64,000 nt of DNA from positions 24,120,001 to 24,184,000 of the forward strand of contig CM059432.1 of assembly GCA_030390025.1 (NCBI GenBank). The letters are read 5' to 3'. Each line of letters opens with the position of its first letter. The first letter of the stretch is position 1. The notes under the pieces are model-generated. The model was given only the letters and a program-made list of their open reading frames with translations, searched no databases and had not been told where the DNA came from. The stretch comes from Squalus acanthias (lineage: Eukaryota). This document shows, piece by piece, positions 11,930-23,913 of the stretch. Made by a program: the position numbers and the translations under genes.

Positions 11930-12908
11930 CTCTAACCACCCCCCTCATTTTTGCATCCAGGTCCACTCACATCAAAAGCCAGGCAAGTCCTCTCTCACCA
12001 ACAGTCTCTGAGACTAAGCAGTCAGTAATGATGACATCATCAGAGGCGACTTTCAGACTGAAAACACTAATTAGTTCATGGGTTCCCACATGCTCCAACT
12101 CAATTGCCCAATTAAGTGAAAATTTCATCAGGCACCCACATTAATCTGGAGTCGGGGGGGAAACACGAAATGCGGATTACACGACCCCAACCCGACCCCA
12201 AGACAAAATCCAGCCCTTAGAGTCCAAAAATCTATCGATCGCAGCCTTGAATATACTCAACGACTGAGCATCCACAGCCCTCTGGGGTACAGAATTCCAA
12301 AGATTCACAAACCTCTGAGTGAAGAAATGGCTCTTCATCTCATTCCTAAATGGCCGACCCCTTATCCTGAGACTACACCCCTTAGTTCTAGTCTCTCCAG
12401 CCAAGGGAAACAGCCTCTCAGCATCTATCCTGTCAAACCCTCTCAGAATCTTACATGCTTCAATGAGATCATCTCTCATTCTTCTAAACTCCAGAGAATA
12501 TAAGCCCATTCTACTCAATCTCTCCTCATAGAACAATCCTCTCATCCTAGGAATCAATCTAGTGAACCTTTGTTGCACCCTCTTTAAGGCAAGTATATCC
12601 TTCCTTAGGTAAGGAGAACAAAACTGTACACAGTACTCCAGGTGTGGTCTCACCAAAGACCTGTACAATTGCAGCAAGACTTTCTTAATCTTGTACTCCC
12701 TTGCAATAAAGGCCAACATACAATTTGCCTTCCAAATTGCTTGCTGTACCTGCATGTTAACTTTCTCTGTTTCATGTGCAAGCATACCTAAATCCCTGTG
12801 AGTACCAACATTTAATAGTTTCTCATCATTTAAAAATTATTCTGTTTTTCTATTCTTCCTTCCAAAGTGAATAAACTCACATTGCCCCACATTGTACTCC
12901 ATCTGCCA
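11308..12908 (-). mobile_element. CR1 (HER1-like) LINE 3' portion, split by a MITE
   Basis: ORF 12177-12785 (LVRPHLEYCVQF...LWNSVPQRAV); tail (TTCTTATG)n at about 11308. Confidence 0.9.
11444..12216. mobile_element. Harbinger-type MITE inserted in CR1
   Basis: Perfect 13-bp TIR GGGCTGGATTTTG; TSD TTA (11441-43 / 12217-19); CR1 sequence rejoins across it. Confidence 0.9.
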
Positions 12909-12954
12909 CTGGAAAGTGAATGTTTAGGAATGCCAGGTGAGTACAGCTTTAGAC

Positions 12955-13190
12955 TTAGAATTATACAGACTGCAAAGCATAGAAACAACCATTCGCCCCA
13001 ACTGGTCCATGTCGGTGTTTATGCTCCACACGGGCCTCCTCCCACCCCACTTCATCTAACCCTATCAACATATCGTTCTATTCTTTTCTTGCTCATGCGT
13101 TTATCTAGTTTCCCCTTATATGCATCTACACTATTCACCTCAACTACTCACTATGGTAGCAAGTTCCACATTCTAACCACTCTCTGGGTA
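12955..13190 (-). mobile_element. CR1 3' tail fragment
   Basis: TTCCACATTCTAACCACTCTCTGGGTAAA is the reverse complement of the CR1 FTQRVVRMWN region. Confidence 0.6.
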
Positions 13191-14079
13191 AATTTCCCCC
13201 CACACTTGAATAACTTGACCACACTTGCTGTTTAGGCTTGTATGGGAACAGTGGCTATCTGGCTGAGGTGCTCGAGGGCTGCCAATACCTATGGAACTGT
13301 AACCCAGTAAGAGACAGTAAGAGGAATGAAAATTGGATGGACAAAAAAAGGAACATCATATCGTACAGACAGGGTGACTCAGGTTTACTAATAAAAGGCA
13401 GGCATTATACTAATGCCTCCCTAAAATTGAATTCAAATGCACAAAAGGAAAGAAATAATACAGCTTACCTAAGCATAACATGCAGTGACTCATGAAGGAA
13501 ACATTATGGGTTGGCCCCAATCTGACATATGCTGTAAATTTCTCCCTGTTTACCACAGAGCTACATTCAGTGGCTACAGGGTTAATTTGAGAAGCAGGAC
13601 AATTTGGCAACCATACAGTTCCCATCCATGTGCAGTGGAGTAGCAGAATAGGTTCTTTACATGCTAGATTAACCTGCAGAACAGAACCCTGCAGGAGCAC
13701 AGAATGTCCCTTTTCCTGGGTAAATACACAAATGCCGCAGTGGGATTCATAATAACATGGCTGTCCATGCCGATAGCTAAGTGGACACCTGCTGCTGTCC
13801 CAGGCAAACAGTCACAAAAAAAACAGCAGGAAAATTGAGGCTATTAAAGAGGCGTTATTTGAAAATGAGAAAAACAGTGGGAGAAATATCAGTGTCCTTT
13901 TTTTTATAATCAATGCCACTGCAGTCGATGCACTTAATCTTCAGAGAATTGTAACATTTTACTGGTTTGCCTCATTAGAAGCAGAGATTTGCTCGTAGCT
14001 TAACAACTACTTTTGACACACAGATAATCCTGTGAAAAGCCACCTCTGAGAGCTGTATGAAAAGCACATCAGAGAAAGG

Positions 14080-14400
14080 GGTACATTAAAAGAAGAGACT
14101 TTGAAGTGACCTTATTGAAGTTTCAAGATTATGACGGGGACTGACAAAATCAATCCAGGCAAATTGTCCATGATGAAGCAAGGCTCCAGTATCAGGGGAC
14201 ACAAGTTAGAAATGAGGAAGTTAGGAGTAAGAAGAAAAGCCAGGTTGCATCTTTCACTCAATGGGTTAATAGAGTTGTGGAAAGGCAGTGGAGCAGATAG
14301 TATAAATTAGATACATTTCCACCTAGAGAAGTGAGACAGCATGTAGGTAGGCTTGGGATCTATTAAAATGGGGCAGACTTGTTAACCTAATGGCATTTTC
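14080..14400 (+). mobile_element. Old CR1 3' fragment
   Basis: DLIEVFKIM...RGHKLE-like translation, heavily decayed. Confidence 0.55.
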
Positions 14401-14807
14401 TTGCTTCTACAAATCCTTATCTTTCTTTGATAAGTGAACTGAAATCGCACGATGCAATATTGATAACAAACGCATTAACAAGTGTGTATGGAATTCTGTC
14501 TGCTACTTTAAAAAAAAGTGTTAACTTATTTAAAATAAATGGGTTTACACCTTTGTTAAAATAACACAGAGGAATTTCACATGTATGTTTTGATGCACAT
14601 GTTGACATTGTCAAACAGAACAATTTCAACCACAGAATACTGGCAGGATTTCTCAGCTTCTCAGGAGAGGGCTCACAGTTAGTACATTGAAGGACAAAAG
14701 TCATAGAATGAGAAAAGGACTCTTAACCCATAAAGGATGTCTTATTTATTTGCTGCTGTGGTAACCTCACTCGTGATTACCCCAGAAACATTCCCTCCCC
14801 ACATAAT

Positions 14808-15532
14808 GGCCCAAAAATTAGTGAGTGAGCCTTCGTGCGAGGGTAAGGCCTTCCCGCGATCTCTCACTGTGCACTGGCTTTTTCAGTCCGAGCTCGCACG
14901 AACTTGATGTTCTGGACAGCTGCTGTGCAGTGCTTTCGTATCCCACAGGCGTAGTTAATTCGTGCGAGCTGTGGGATCACGTGACTCAGTTAGAGCCAAT
15001 GGCAGCACACCATCTTTCATTCATAGCTAGCTATGAATACTATACCCCCCCCAAAAGAACAGCTAAACCTCAATTAATTTTTTTTAAAAACCAACACATT
15101 AATAAAATAAGTATAGTTAAATAAATTAACCATTTTAAACAAAAAATTAAATTTTTGAAAAAATGTAAAATCTTTTAAAAAGTTATAAAAATAAACTTAC
15201 CTGTCTTTAAAGTCTCTAAAAAAGATATACCTGTTAAAAAAAATTCAAAATAATACTTAATTAAGTACTTACCTTGTTAAAAGAGGGTCTTACACCTCCT
15301 TTCTTTATGTCTAAAATCTTCCATGCTTACCTGCGCGTCCAAAGCACTAAGTGCACTGCGTGCGCGCAGCCTGTAGCACGCACACGGTTCACCTAGGAAC
15401 CGCCCCCTTTTGAAATCACCAAGTGCCGGTTTTCAGCGCATGCGCAGTGCATGCAGAAAACCGGCAATTGGAGACAGAATACGCGAGAGTACACAGTGCG
15501 TACTCTCGCGTAGCGGCACTAATTTTTGGGCC
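14808..15532. mobile_element. Hairpin-rich MITE, copy 1 (Harbinger-like)
   Basis: Perfect 16-bp TIR GGCCCAAAAATTAGTG; TSD AAT/AAT; homologous to 53016-53758 and 55234-55975. Confidence 0.9.
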
Positions 15533-15662
15533 AATCTCTCTGTCTTCTTTTGTAGCGAAGTTTATGTTACTCTATACTTTCCTGCACCAGAACTCTGCCA
15601 TTCTCTTTTTAACGAAACACTTGGCACAGGACTTATTTTATCGGGCAATAGTCTAGTCCTTA

Positions 15663-15806
15663 TATAATATAAAAACAGAAAATGCTGGGTCATCGACCTG
15701 AAACGTTAACTCTGTTTCTCTCTCCACAGATGCTGCCTGACCCACTGAGTGTTTCCAGCATTGTCTGTTTTTATTTCAGATTTCCAGCACCCGCAGTATT
15801 TTGCTT
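15663..15806 (+). mobile_element. Short PLE (family 2) insertion with small 5' inversion
   Basis: 14-bp TSD TAGTCTAGTCCTTA (15649-62 / 15807-20); the 5' ATAAAAACAGAAAATGCTGG is inverted relative to the downstream CCAGCATTGTCTGTTTTTAT. Confidence 0.8.
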
Positions 15807-17452
15807 TAGTCTAGTCCTTAATAGAGGATGAGATCAGTACAGTAGTGAGCAATGATTTTGGCTCAGAAGATCCAGATGTAGAATCAGTTTGGGTGGAGAT
15901 AAGAAATAGTAAAGGAAAGAAGTCACTTGTGGGAGTAGTCTTTAGGCCCCCTAACAGTAGCTACACTGTAGGACAGAGTATAAATCAAGAAATAATGGGG
16001 GCTTGTAAGAAAGGTACTGCAATAATCATGGGCGATTTTAATCTTCATATAGATTGGACAAATTAAATTGGCAAAGGTAGCATTGAGGACGAGTTCATAG
16101 AGTATATTCAGGATGGTTTCTTAGAACAGTACATTGTGAAACCAACCAGGGAACAGGTTATTTTAGATCTGGTAATGTGTAATGAGGCAGTATTAATTAA
16201 TGATCTCATAGTAAAGGATCCTCTAGGGAAGAGTGATCATAACATGTTGGAATTTCACATTCAGTTTGAGGGTGAGAAACTTGGGTTTGAAACTAGTGTC
16301 TTAAACTTAAATAAAGGCAATTACAAAGGTATGAAGACAGAGTTGACTAAAGTGGACTGGGAAAATAGATTAAAAGGTAAGACGGTAGATAAGCAATGGC
16401 AGACATTTAAGGAGATATTTCATAACTCTCAACAAAGATATATTCCAGTGAGAAAGAAAGACTCTACGAGAAGGATGAACCATCCACGGCTAACTAAGGA
16501 AGTTAAAGATGGTATCAAATTGAAAGAAAAGGCATACAATGTTGCGAAGATTAGTGGTAGACCAGAAGATTAGGAATTTTTTAGAAACCAGCAAAGGATG
16601 ACTAAAAAAATAATAAAGAGGGATAAAATAGATAATGAGAGTAAATTAGCAAGAAATATAAAAACAGACAGTAAGAGCTTCTACAAGTATATAAAAAGGA
16701 AGTGGGTAGCTAAAGTAAACATTGGTCCCTTAGAGGATGAGACTGGAGAACTAATAATGGGAAACAAGGAAATGGCATGACTTTGAACAAATATTTTGTA
16801 TCTGTCTTCATGGTAGTAGACACTAAAAGCATCCCAATAATAGTCGATAACCAAGCGGTAAAAGGGAGGGAGGAACTTAAAACAATCACTACCACTAGAG
16901 AAAAAGTACTAGGCAAAATAATGGGACTAAAGGCTGACAAGTCCCCTGGATCAGATGCCCTGCATCCTGGGGTCTTAAAAGAAGTGGCTGCAGAGTTAGT
17001 GGATGCATTGGTTGTAATCTTCTAAAATTCCCTAGATTCTGGAAAGGTCCCAGCGGATTGGAAAACTGTAAATGTAACGCCCCTATTCAAGAAAGGAGGG
17101 AGACAGAAAGCAGGAAACTATAGGCCAGTTAGCCTAACATCTGTCATTGGGAAAATGCTCAAATCCATTATTAAGGAAGTAGTAGCAGGACATTTAGAAA
17201 ATCATAATACAATCAAGCAGAGCCAACATGGTTTTATGAAAGGGAAATCATGTTTGACAAATTTATTAGAGTTCTTTGAGGATGTAATGAGAAGGGTGGA
17301 TCAAGGGGAACCAGCAGATGTAGTGTATTTGGATTTCCAAAAGGCATTCGACAAGATGCCACATAAAAGGTTACTGCACAAGATAAGAGCTCATGGTGTT
17401 GGAGGTAATATATTAGCATGGATAGAGGATTGGCTAACTAACAGAAAAGAGA

Positions 17453-18973
17453 GGCCGTGAATTTAATCGCACTGAGCGGGCGGGTTTGGAGGCGAGTAGG
17501 AAACGCGCTGTCAACCCGCTCCACGCGAGTCTCCCAGGTGTCGGCTCTGTCCGCGCAGAACTGACCCGACACCAAGCGATGGGGGAGACAATTCAACTAC
17601 TTAAATGGCTTGTTAAGAGCCAATTTAAGTGTATTTTGAGGCTTACTTGTAATTTTACCTTCTCCCCCACAGGTTACCCACTGTTCGGGGAACACACCAA
17701 CTCAACCTGGCGTGTTTTGAGTCTGCTCTGATGGTTGTGAAAAGCTGACAGCTGCAGAAGTGGTGTCAAGGATGCCATGTTGCAGATGGTGAGTTTCAGA
17801 GCACAGAAAATGTTGGTTACTGCATTTTTAATACATATAGAGATTTCTTTAGCTTACAAGTTTTAAGATCCAACTGTATGTCCAGTGCCACCTCATTGGG
17901 AGAACCTCTCTCACCAGTGACAGATCGCTTCTGTCATCTCACCTGCAGCTGCCATCTATTCCAGCAACATCGGAGCCAATGAAACAATCAGACCTTGGTC
18001 CTCTGAATCCTTCCATGATCAGCCCAACACCAACATCACCAACCTCATCACCAAACTTCTCCACCATCGCCCAATGCTGCACTGGATACAGGGCATCAGC
18101 CCCTGACAAAATTGCTGCCCAGGAGGCCAGCGATAGCATCACCATGTACTTCACTTGACGCTGTAAACCCTGGCTGCCACATAATGCGCCAGGTTGACAC
18201 CATCCCACACCAGCACCGTGAAGCATCCCTTTAATGTCCAAGCCATTCCATGCACACTCATCATTATAGCGGGGGGGAGGGAAGTTATGACTGAACAATC
18301 ATTGGAACTCAGCAAGACACTTCTCAATGTGGGCTCAGATCTGTCCAATAAGGGGCACTTTTTGAAAAAGAGATTTCAATGTATGACAACACATTACCAG
18401 AAACTTCACATGGACATTGGCTAAACCTCTCAAGTGCCTACCCTTGTGTGTTGTTAGTTGGTTTGCTTGCAGTAGGATGAGTGTGAGTGTGAGGGGTGGC
18501 TAGTGAGATGGGGAAGTAATAAAGTAGATAGAGAGGGTTGGGTGGAGGTGCAAAGTAAGTTGGTGTCCTGGGGAGGTCTCTTCTGCCCTTGGAAGGGAAG
18601 AAAACCTCCCTGCGTGCTGTGACTCCGTCCATAGGCATATGGAGGGAGTCATTGGAGAGCCTGGGTGAAAGTGTTCACCTTTGTGCAGTGATTGTCAGTG
18701 TTTGTAGCACCTCAATGCTGTCAAACACTGACAGAACAACTGTCAAACTCAATGTGGACGTGGTCCCTTTAAGGAAACTGGCTGATGGCGCGTCATCAAA
18801 TGACGTCATCAGACCCGCTTCCTGTTAATTGGCCGGTAAGACCGCAGGACAGGTTTAACAAGGACAATCAAGGTAAAATCACGTCTGCAGAGCGGAGGCA
18901 GGTGGGGGCAGGACCGGAACCCAGAAACCAACTGTCCCGCCCCCATCCCGCCTCCTCAATTAAATTTGCGGCC
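17453..18973. mobile_element. Non-autonomous Harbinger with transposase and Myb remnants, inserted in CR1
   Basis: TIRs GGCCGTGAATTTAAT / ATTAAATTTGCGGCC; TSD AGA; minus strand near 18570-18670 RLSNDSLHMPMDGVTARREVFFP (Myb/SANT exon 1 relic). Confidence 0.85.
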
Positions 18974-19166
18974 AGAGAATTGGGATAAATGTGTCATTTT
19001 CAGGTTGGCAAACTGTAGCTAGTGGGGTGCCACAGGGATCAGTGCTGGGGTCTCAACTATTTACAATCTATATTAATGACTTGGATGAAGGGACTGAGTG
19101 TACTGTAGCCAAATTTGCTGATGATACAAAGATAGGTGGGAAAGCAAGTTGTGAAGAGGACACAAA

Positions 19167-19982
19167 GGGCTGGATTTTGAAACTGGGGTCGGGTTGGGGT
19201 CATGAATCACACATTCTGGCTTGTAAACCCGCCTCCATCGAGATGTGGCCAACCCACTGTATTTTCCCTTGATTGACCTTGTTGAGCCCACCCAGTGGGC
19301 TCAGCAGGCCAATTAAGGGCCACCCGGCAACAGGGGACGTCACAGATTGACATTTCATCTGTCAAGAGCTTTTGACAGCTGAAATATCAGCGTTTGACAG
19401 CTCTGTGAAGCTGTCAAACACTGATAATATGATTTCTAACTTCAGTCCTTCCTCTCAGGCTGAGTTAGAAATCATTCCACCACAGAAAACAGAAGGCTGC
19501 AGTTTTTGACAGGTCCATGGCTTTTCTGCTTTCTGTGCCGGTGAGATTTCTGACTCCCGAGAACTGAAGGGCTGACACCTGCAGGAGGAAGTTAAGGTAA
19601 GTAAAACTTTTTCCAACACTTAGCACTTACCTTACACACTTACCTCTGCACACATGCACCCATCACTCACCTGCCCACCGGACATATCGACCCCTCCAAC
19701 CCCTGCAGACCCACGGTCCGCCCCGATAACTTGGCGTGGGTGCCACCTGTCGGGAAGCCCACATTTCACCATTTAAAATAGGGATTGTCCAAAAAACTGC
19801 CTGTTAACTAATCCCTTCCCGCCTCGGGGAGTCGGGTCTCAGCACAGGTCGGGTACCCGCCGCCAGCGAAACTGGCACGGAGGCGGGTTGGAGGCGGGAT
19901 GGGGTCGGGACCCCCGAATCTGCAACTTTAACCCCCCACACGCCTCCAAACCCGACTCCACGGGTCACTGAAAATCCAGCCC
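19167..19982. mobile_element. Harbinger-type MITE inserted in the CR1 RT region
   Basis: TIR GGGCTGGATTTT / AAAATCCAGCCC; TSD AAA; CR1 rejoins as GACACAAA|GAGTCTG. Confidence 0.9.
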
Positions 19983-21249
19983 AAAGAGTCTGCAAAGGGA
20001 TATAGGTAGATTAAGTGAGTGGGCAAAAATTTGGCAAATGGAGTATAATGTAAAATTTGAGGTTATCCATTTTGGTAGGAAGAATAGAAAAGCAAAATAT
20101 TATTTAAATGGAGAGAGACTACAGAATGCTGCGGTACAGAAGGATCTGGGTGTCCTCATACATGAAACACAAAAAGTTAGCATGCAGGTACAGCAAGTAA
20201 TTAGGAAGGCAAATGGAATGTTGGCCTTTATTGCAAGGGGGATGGAGTATAAAAGTAGGGAAGTTTTGCTACAACTGTACAGGGTGTTGTTGAGATCACA
20301 CCTGGAGTACTGTGTACAGTTTTGTTCTCCTCATTTAAGGAGGGATATACTTGCATTGGAGGCAGTTCAGAGAAGGTTCACTAGGTTGATTCCTGAGATG
20401 AAAGGGTTATCTTATGAGGAAAGGTTGAGCAGGTTGGGCCTATACTCATTGGAGTTTAGAAGAATGAGACGAGATCTTATTGAAACTTACAAGATTCTGA
20501 AGGGGCTTGACAGGGTAGATGCAGAGAGGATGTTTCCCCTTGTGGGGGAATCTAGAACTAGGGGGCATAGTTTCAGGATAAGGCGTCGCCCATTTAAGAT
20601 GGAGATGAGGAGGAATTTCTTCTCTCAGAGGGTCATGAATCTTTGGAATTCTCTACCCCAGAGAGCTGTGGAGGCTGAGTCAGTGAATATATTCAAGGCA
20701 GAGATAGTCAGATATTTGAGCTACAGGGGAGTCAAGGGTTATGGGGAACAGGCAGGAAAGTGGAGTTGAGGCCAAAATCAGATCAGCCATGATCTTATTG
20801 AATGGCGGAGCAGGCTTGAGGAACCGAATGGCCTACTCCTGCTCCTAATTCTTATGTTCTTATGTCCACTGCTCTATCTACTTTAGATCCCTTAATAGCA
20901 AAATGTTTAGCCTCTTAGGTGGCAGCAATGCCAATGATTTTGCCCCACCAGACTGGTTAGTTTTGTTTTAAAGATTTCGGCTCATAAACTGTGAAGTTCA
21001 ATATTACAGTAGTAATACTGTAATATAATTCGAAGCACTGGAGGTTTGTCCTATGACACCAATTACCTCAATTTTTCTGTGGCTTCCTGGTGCCTTACAT
21101 CAAAAGATGCATTGATGATGAAGGCAGCTACTTGCACTCTCATCTGGCAGAATGCTTTGATTGGTTTGTCTTTTCTCATTGATAATTTTTGCTGACTGCA
21201 CACTTTTGATTGGCGGTTTTCAATTCTGTTTGCTACTTTGCTATCTGTC

Positions 21250-21620
21250 AATGGTCAGTTTGCCTTTAAGTCAAAAAGTTGTGGGTTCACGCCCCATTCT
21301 AGGACTTGAACACATAATCTAAGATGACACTTCAGTGTTGCATTGTCTTTCTTAATGAGACATTAAACCAGGGTCCTGAATGCTTTTTCAAGTGGATGTG
21401 AAAGATGCTGTGGCACTTTTTAAAGATCAGGAAATTCTCTTGGTGTTCTAGTCAACATTCATCTTTCAACCAGCACCACCAACCAGATTAACTGGTAACT
21501 TATTTTAGTATTGTTTTTGGGACCTTGGTGTGGACAAAATTGGCTTTTGCCTTTGTCTAAATAACAACAGTCACTTCAAAAGTAGTTAGTTGTCTGTGAA
21601 GTGCTTTGGAATGCCCTGAA
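21250..21620 (+). mobile_element. Diverged Deu-domain SINE
   Basis: Decayed colinear match to the SINE family. Confidence 0.65.
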
Positions 21621-22212
21621 GACGGCTTGTCCGTCATGCAGTACTGGATGCGTAGAAATTTCTTCCAATTAAATATTGGGAAGACCGAAACCATTGGGGG
21701 TGATTTTCTGACGTCCGAGGAGGCAGGTTTGGAGGCGGGAAAATCGGAAACAATGAGTGCGGGTTCGGAACCTGCCTCCAACCCGCCTCTGTGGGATTTT
21801 GCCGGTGCCAGTTTTGCAGCGCGGGAAACGGTCCTGCCTCCTGCTGCCCATAGCACTTGTTAAGAGGATTAAATGCTCGTTAAGGGCCTCTCTAAGCCTA
21901 TTTTGAGAGGCCCTCGTGATTTTTCGACCATTTTGGCGTGTTCCACGACCCTCCTAAACCACGCCAGCTAAACCTGTCGGGTTGACTTGTGGGTGGTCTC
22001 CTCACAGCTGCAGGTCCACCATTAAATTGTTTATTTCATCAGGGATTAGTTGCAGGTGGCAGAACTTTGCTTTAAAAGGTCTTTGAGCACTTTTAGAAGG
22101 CCTTCCGAAGTCGGAGGTGCTGCAGCTTGTATCTATCAACGTGGGACCTCCTTGGAAGACCCTCTCCCCGCTTGCAATGAGCGCTTCCCCAACGGAGGCA
22201 CCTGCAAGCAGC

Positions 22213-23487
22213 ATGGGAACCATTCGTTTTCTTTCTCCATGGACCTCAGATTCAGATGAGGAGCATCCACGGCAGCAGCAGAACCAGGCAGCTCAGGAGC
22301 AACAGCAGCAGGAGCCCCAACCTCCTGCTCAGCCACCTGATGCTGCACATGGCAGAAGGCGCCAGCACATCGAGGCACCTCGCCGCAGGAGATACCCCCC
22401 ACAGAGGGTTTACAGACAGAGGATGAGCTACCTCAACAAGAGTGAGCAGCAGTGCCAAAGGAGGCTGGGACTTTCGCAAGAGGTTGTCCGAGAGATCTGC
22501 GGACTGCTGCAGCAAGACCTGGTGCCCAGAGGAGCGGGTGGACAACCCTTACCAGTGGCTGTCAAAGTCACCACCGCACTCAACTTCTTTGCCTCAGGCT
22601 CCTTCCAGGGATCATCAGCAGACATCAGCGGCATCTCCCAGTCGGCCGCCCACAGTTGCATCATGCAGGTTACCGATGCCCTTTTTGCTAAGGCACACAA
22701 TTACATCCAGTTTTCAAGGGATCAAGCAAGTATAACCGCCCGTTCAGTTGGCTTTGCAAATATGGCAGGCATGCCAATGGTGCAGGGCGTCATAGACTGC
22801 ACACATGTGGCCCTTAGGGCACCCCATCATAACCCAGCTATCTTTCTCAACCGAAAGGGCTTCCACTCCTCAACGTACAGCTGGTGTGTAACCACAAGAA
22901 GGAGTTCTTGCATGTTTGCGCCAAGTTCTGTGGTAGTTGCCATGACTCTTTCATCCTGCGGCACTCTAATGTTCCTCCACTCTTCAATCCGCCAAACCAA
23001 CTTAACGGATGGCTCCTTGGTGACAAAGGCTACCCCCTGAACAAGCGGCTAATGACGCCGATCAGGAGGCCAGCTAACGAGGCTGAAGAGCGCTACAATG
23101 CCAGCCGCACTTCGACCAGGTCCATCATCGAGCAAACCATTGGGTTGTTCAAGATGCGCTTCCATTGCCTTGACCGATCAGGTGGAGCCCTGCAGTATAC
23201 ACCATACAGGGTCTCCAGAATGGTCGTGGTCTGCTGTGCACTGCACAACATCGCACAGCGTCGTGGCTTGCAGCTTCCTGAAGAGCAAGTGGCTCAGTTC
23301 CAGCCCTCCTCAGATGAGGATGAGGAGGAGGATGATCTGGAGAGGAGGAGGAGGAGCAGGAGGAGGAGGAGGAGGAGCAAGAGGAGGAGGAGGAGCAGGA
23401 GGAGGTCAGAGCGCCGGTGTATCAACCAGCAGCAGCATGGCTGCTCGGGATGCAAGGGATGAACTTATCATGGTCAGATTTGCATAG
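22213..23487 (+). pseudogene. Harbinger (HARBI1-like) DDE transposase, about two frameshifts
   Basis: [38 protein letters not shown]...KMRF, CCALHN; frameshifts near 22870 and in the GAG repeat near 23340; ends ELIMVRFA*. Confidence 0.9.
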
Positions 23488-23729
23488 GTTGCCCAAGTTG
23501 GCACGTGTCCTTGGCTCCATCCTAAGACATCATTGACAATGGACATGACTCTCTGGCTTCCTTTCACTCAGGCCACCAACCTGACAACGCAAATGTGGCG
23601 AAGCCCGCATGTGGTGCTGCCTAAGGCGAAAGACCAGATGCCATAATGCCAACATTTTGGCATCAAATCATTTTAATGCTTTCCAACAGGGATGGCATTT
23701 CATCAATACACAGAAACATTTTCCAAATC

Positions 23730-23913
23730 TGCACACTGATCTGGAGTTTATATCCCTTGCCAGCTGTACCCACACAGGCTTGGTTTCTTTGGGAGGCCTC
23801 TTCCTCCCAGATGAGTGGAAGAGCACCTCCCTGCTAGCTCTCACCCCCTCAAACAACATTTGCAGCGCCTCATCCTGGAGCCTCGGGGAGGCCCTTGTCT
23901 TGGAATTGGAAAT
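23730..23913 (-). pseudogene. Truncated exon 1 of a Harbinger Myb/SANT-like gene
   Basis: RASPRLQDEALQMLFEGVRASREVLF...KPVWVQLARDINSRS aligns by eye with the exon at 25423-25658. Confidence 0.75.

Larger units (their letters stand above)
15821..20865 (+). mobile_element. CR1 (HER1-like) LINE, most of ORF2 (EN+RT), with stops and two Harbinger insertions
   Basis: IMGDFN, LDLVM, SDHN endonuclease motifs; QHGFMKG, YLDFQKAFD, GVPQGSVLG, KFADDTK RT motifs; stop at 20769; (TTCTTATG)n tail. Confidence 0.95.
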
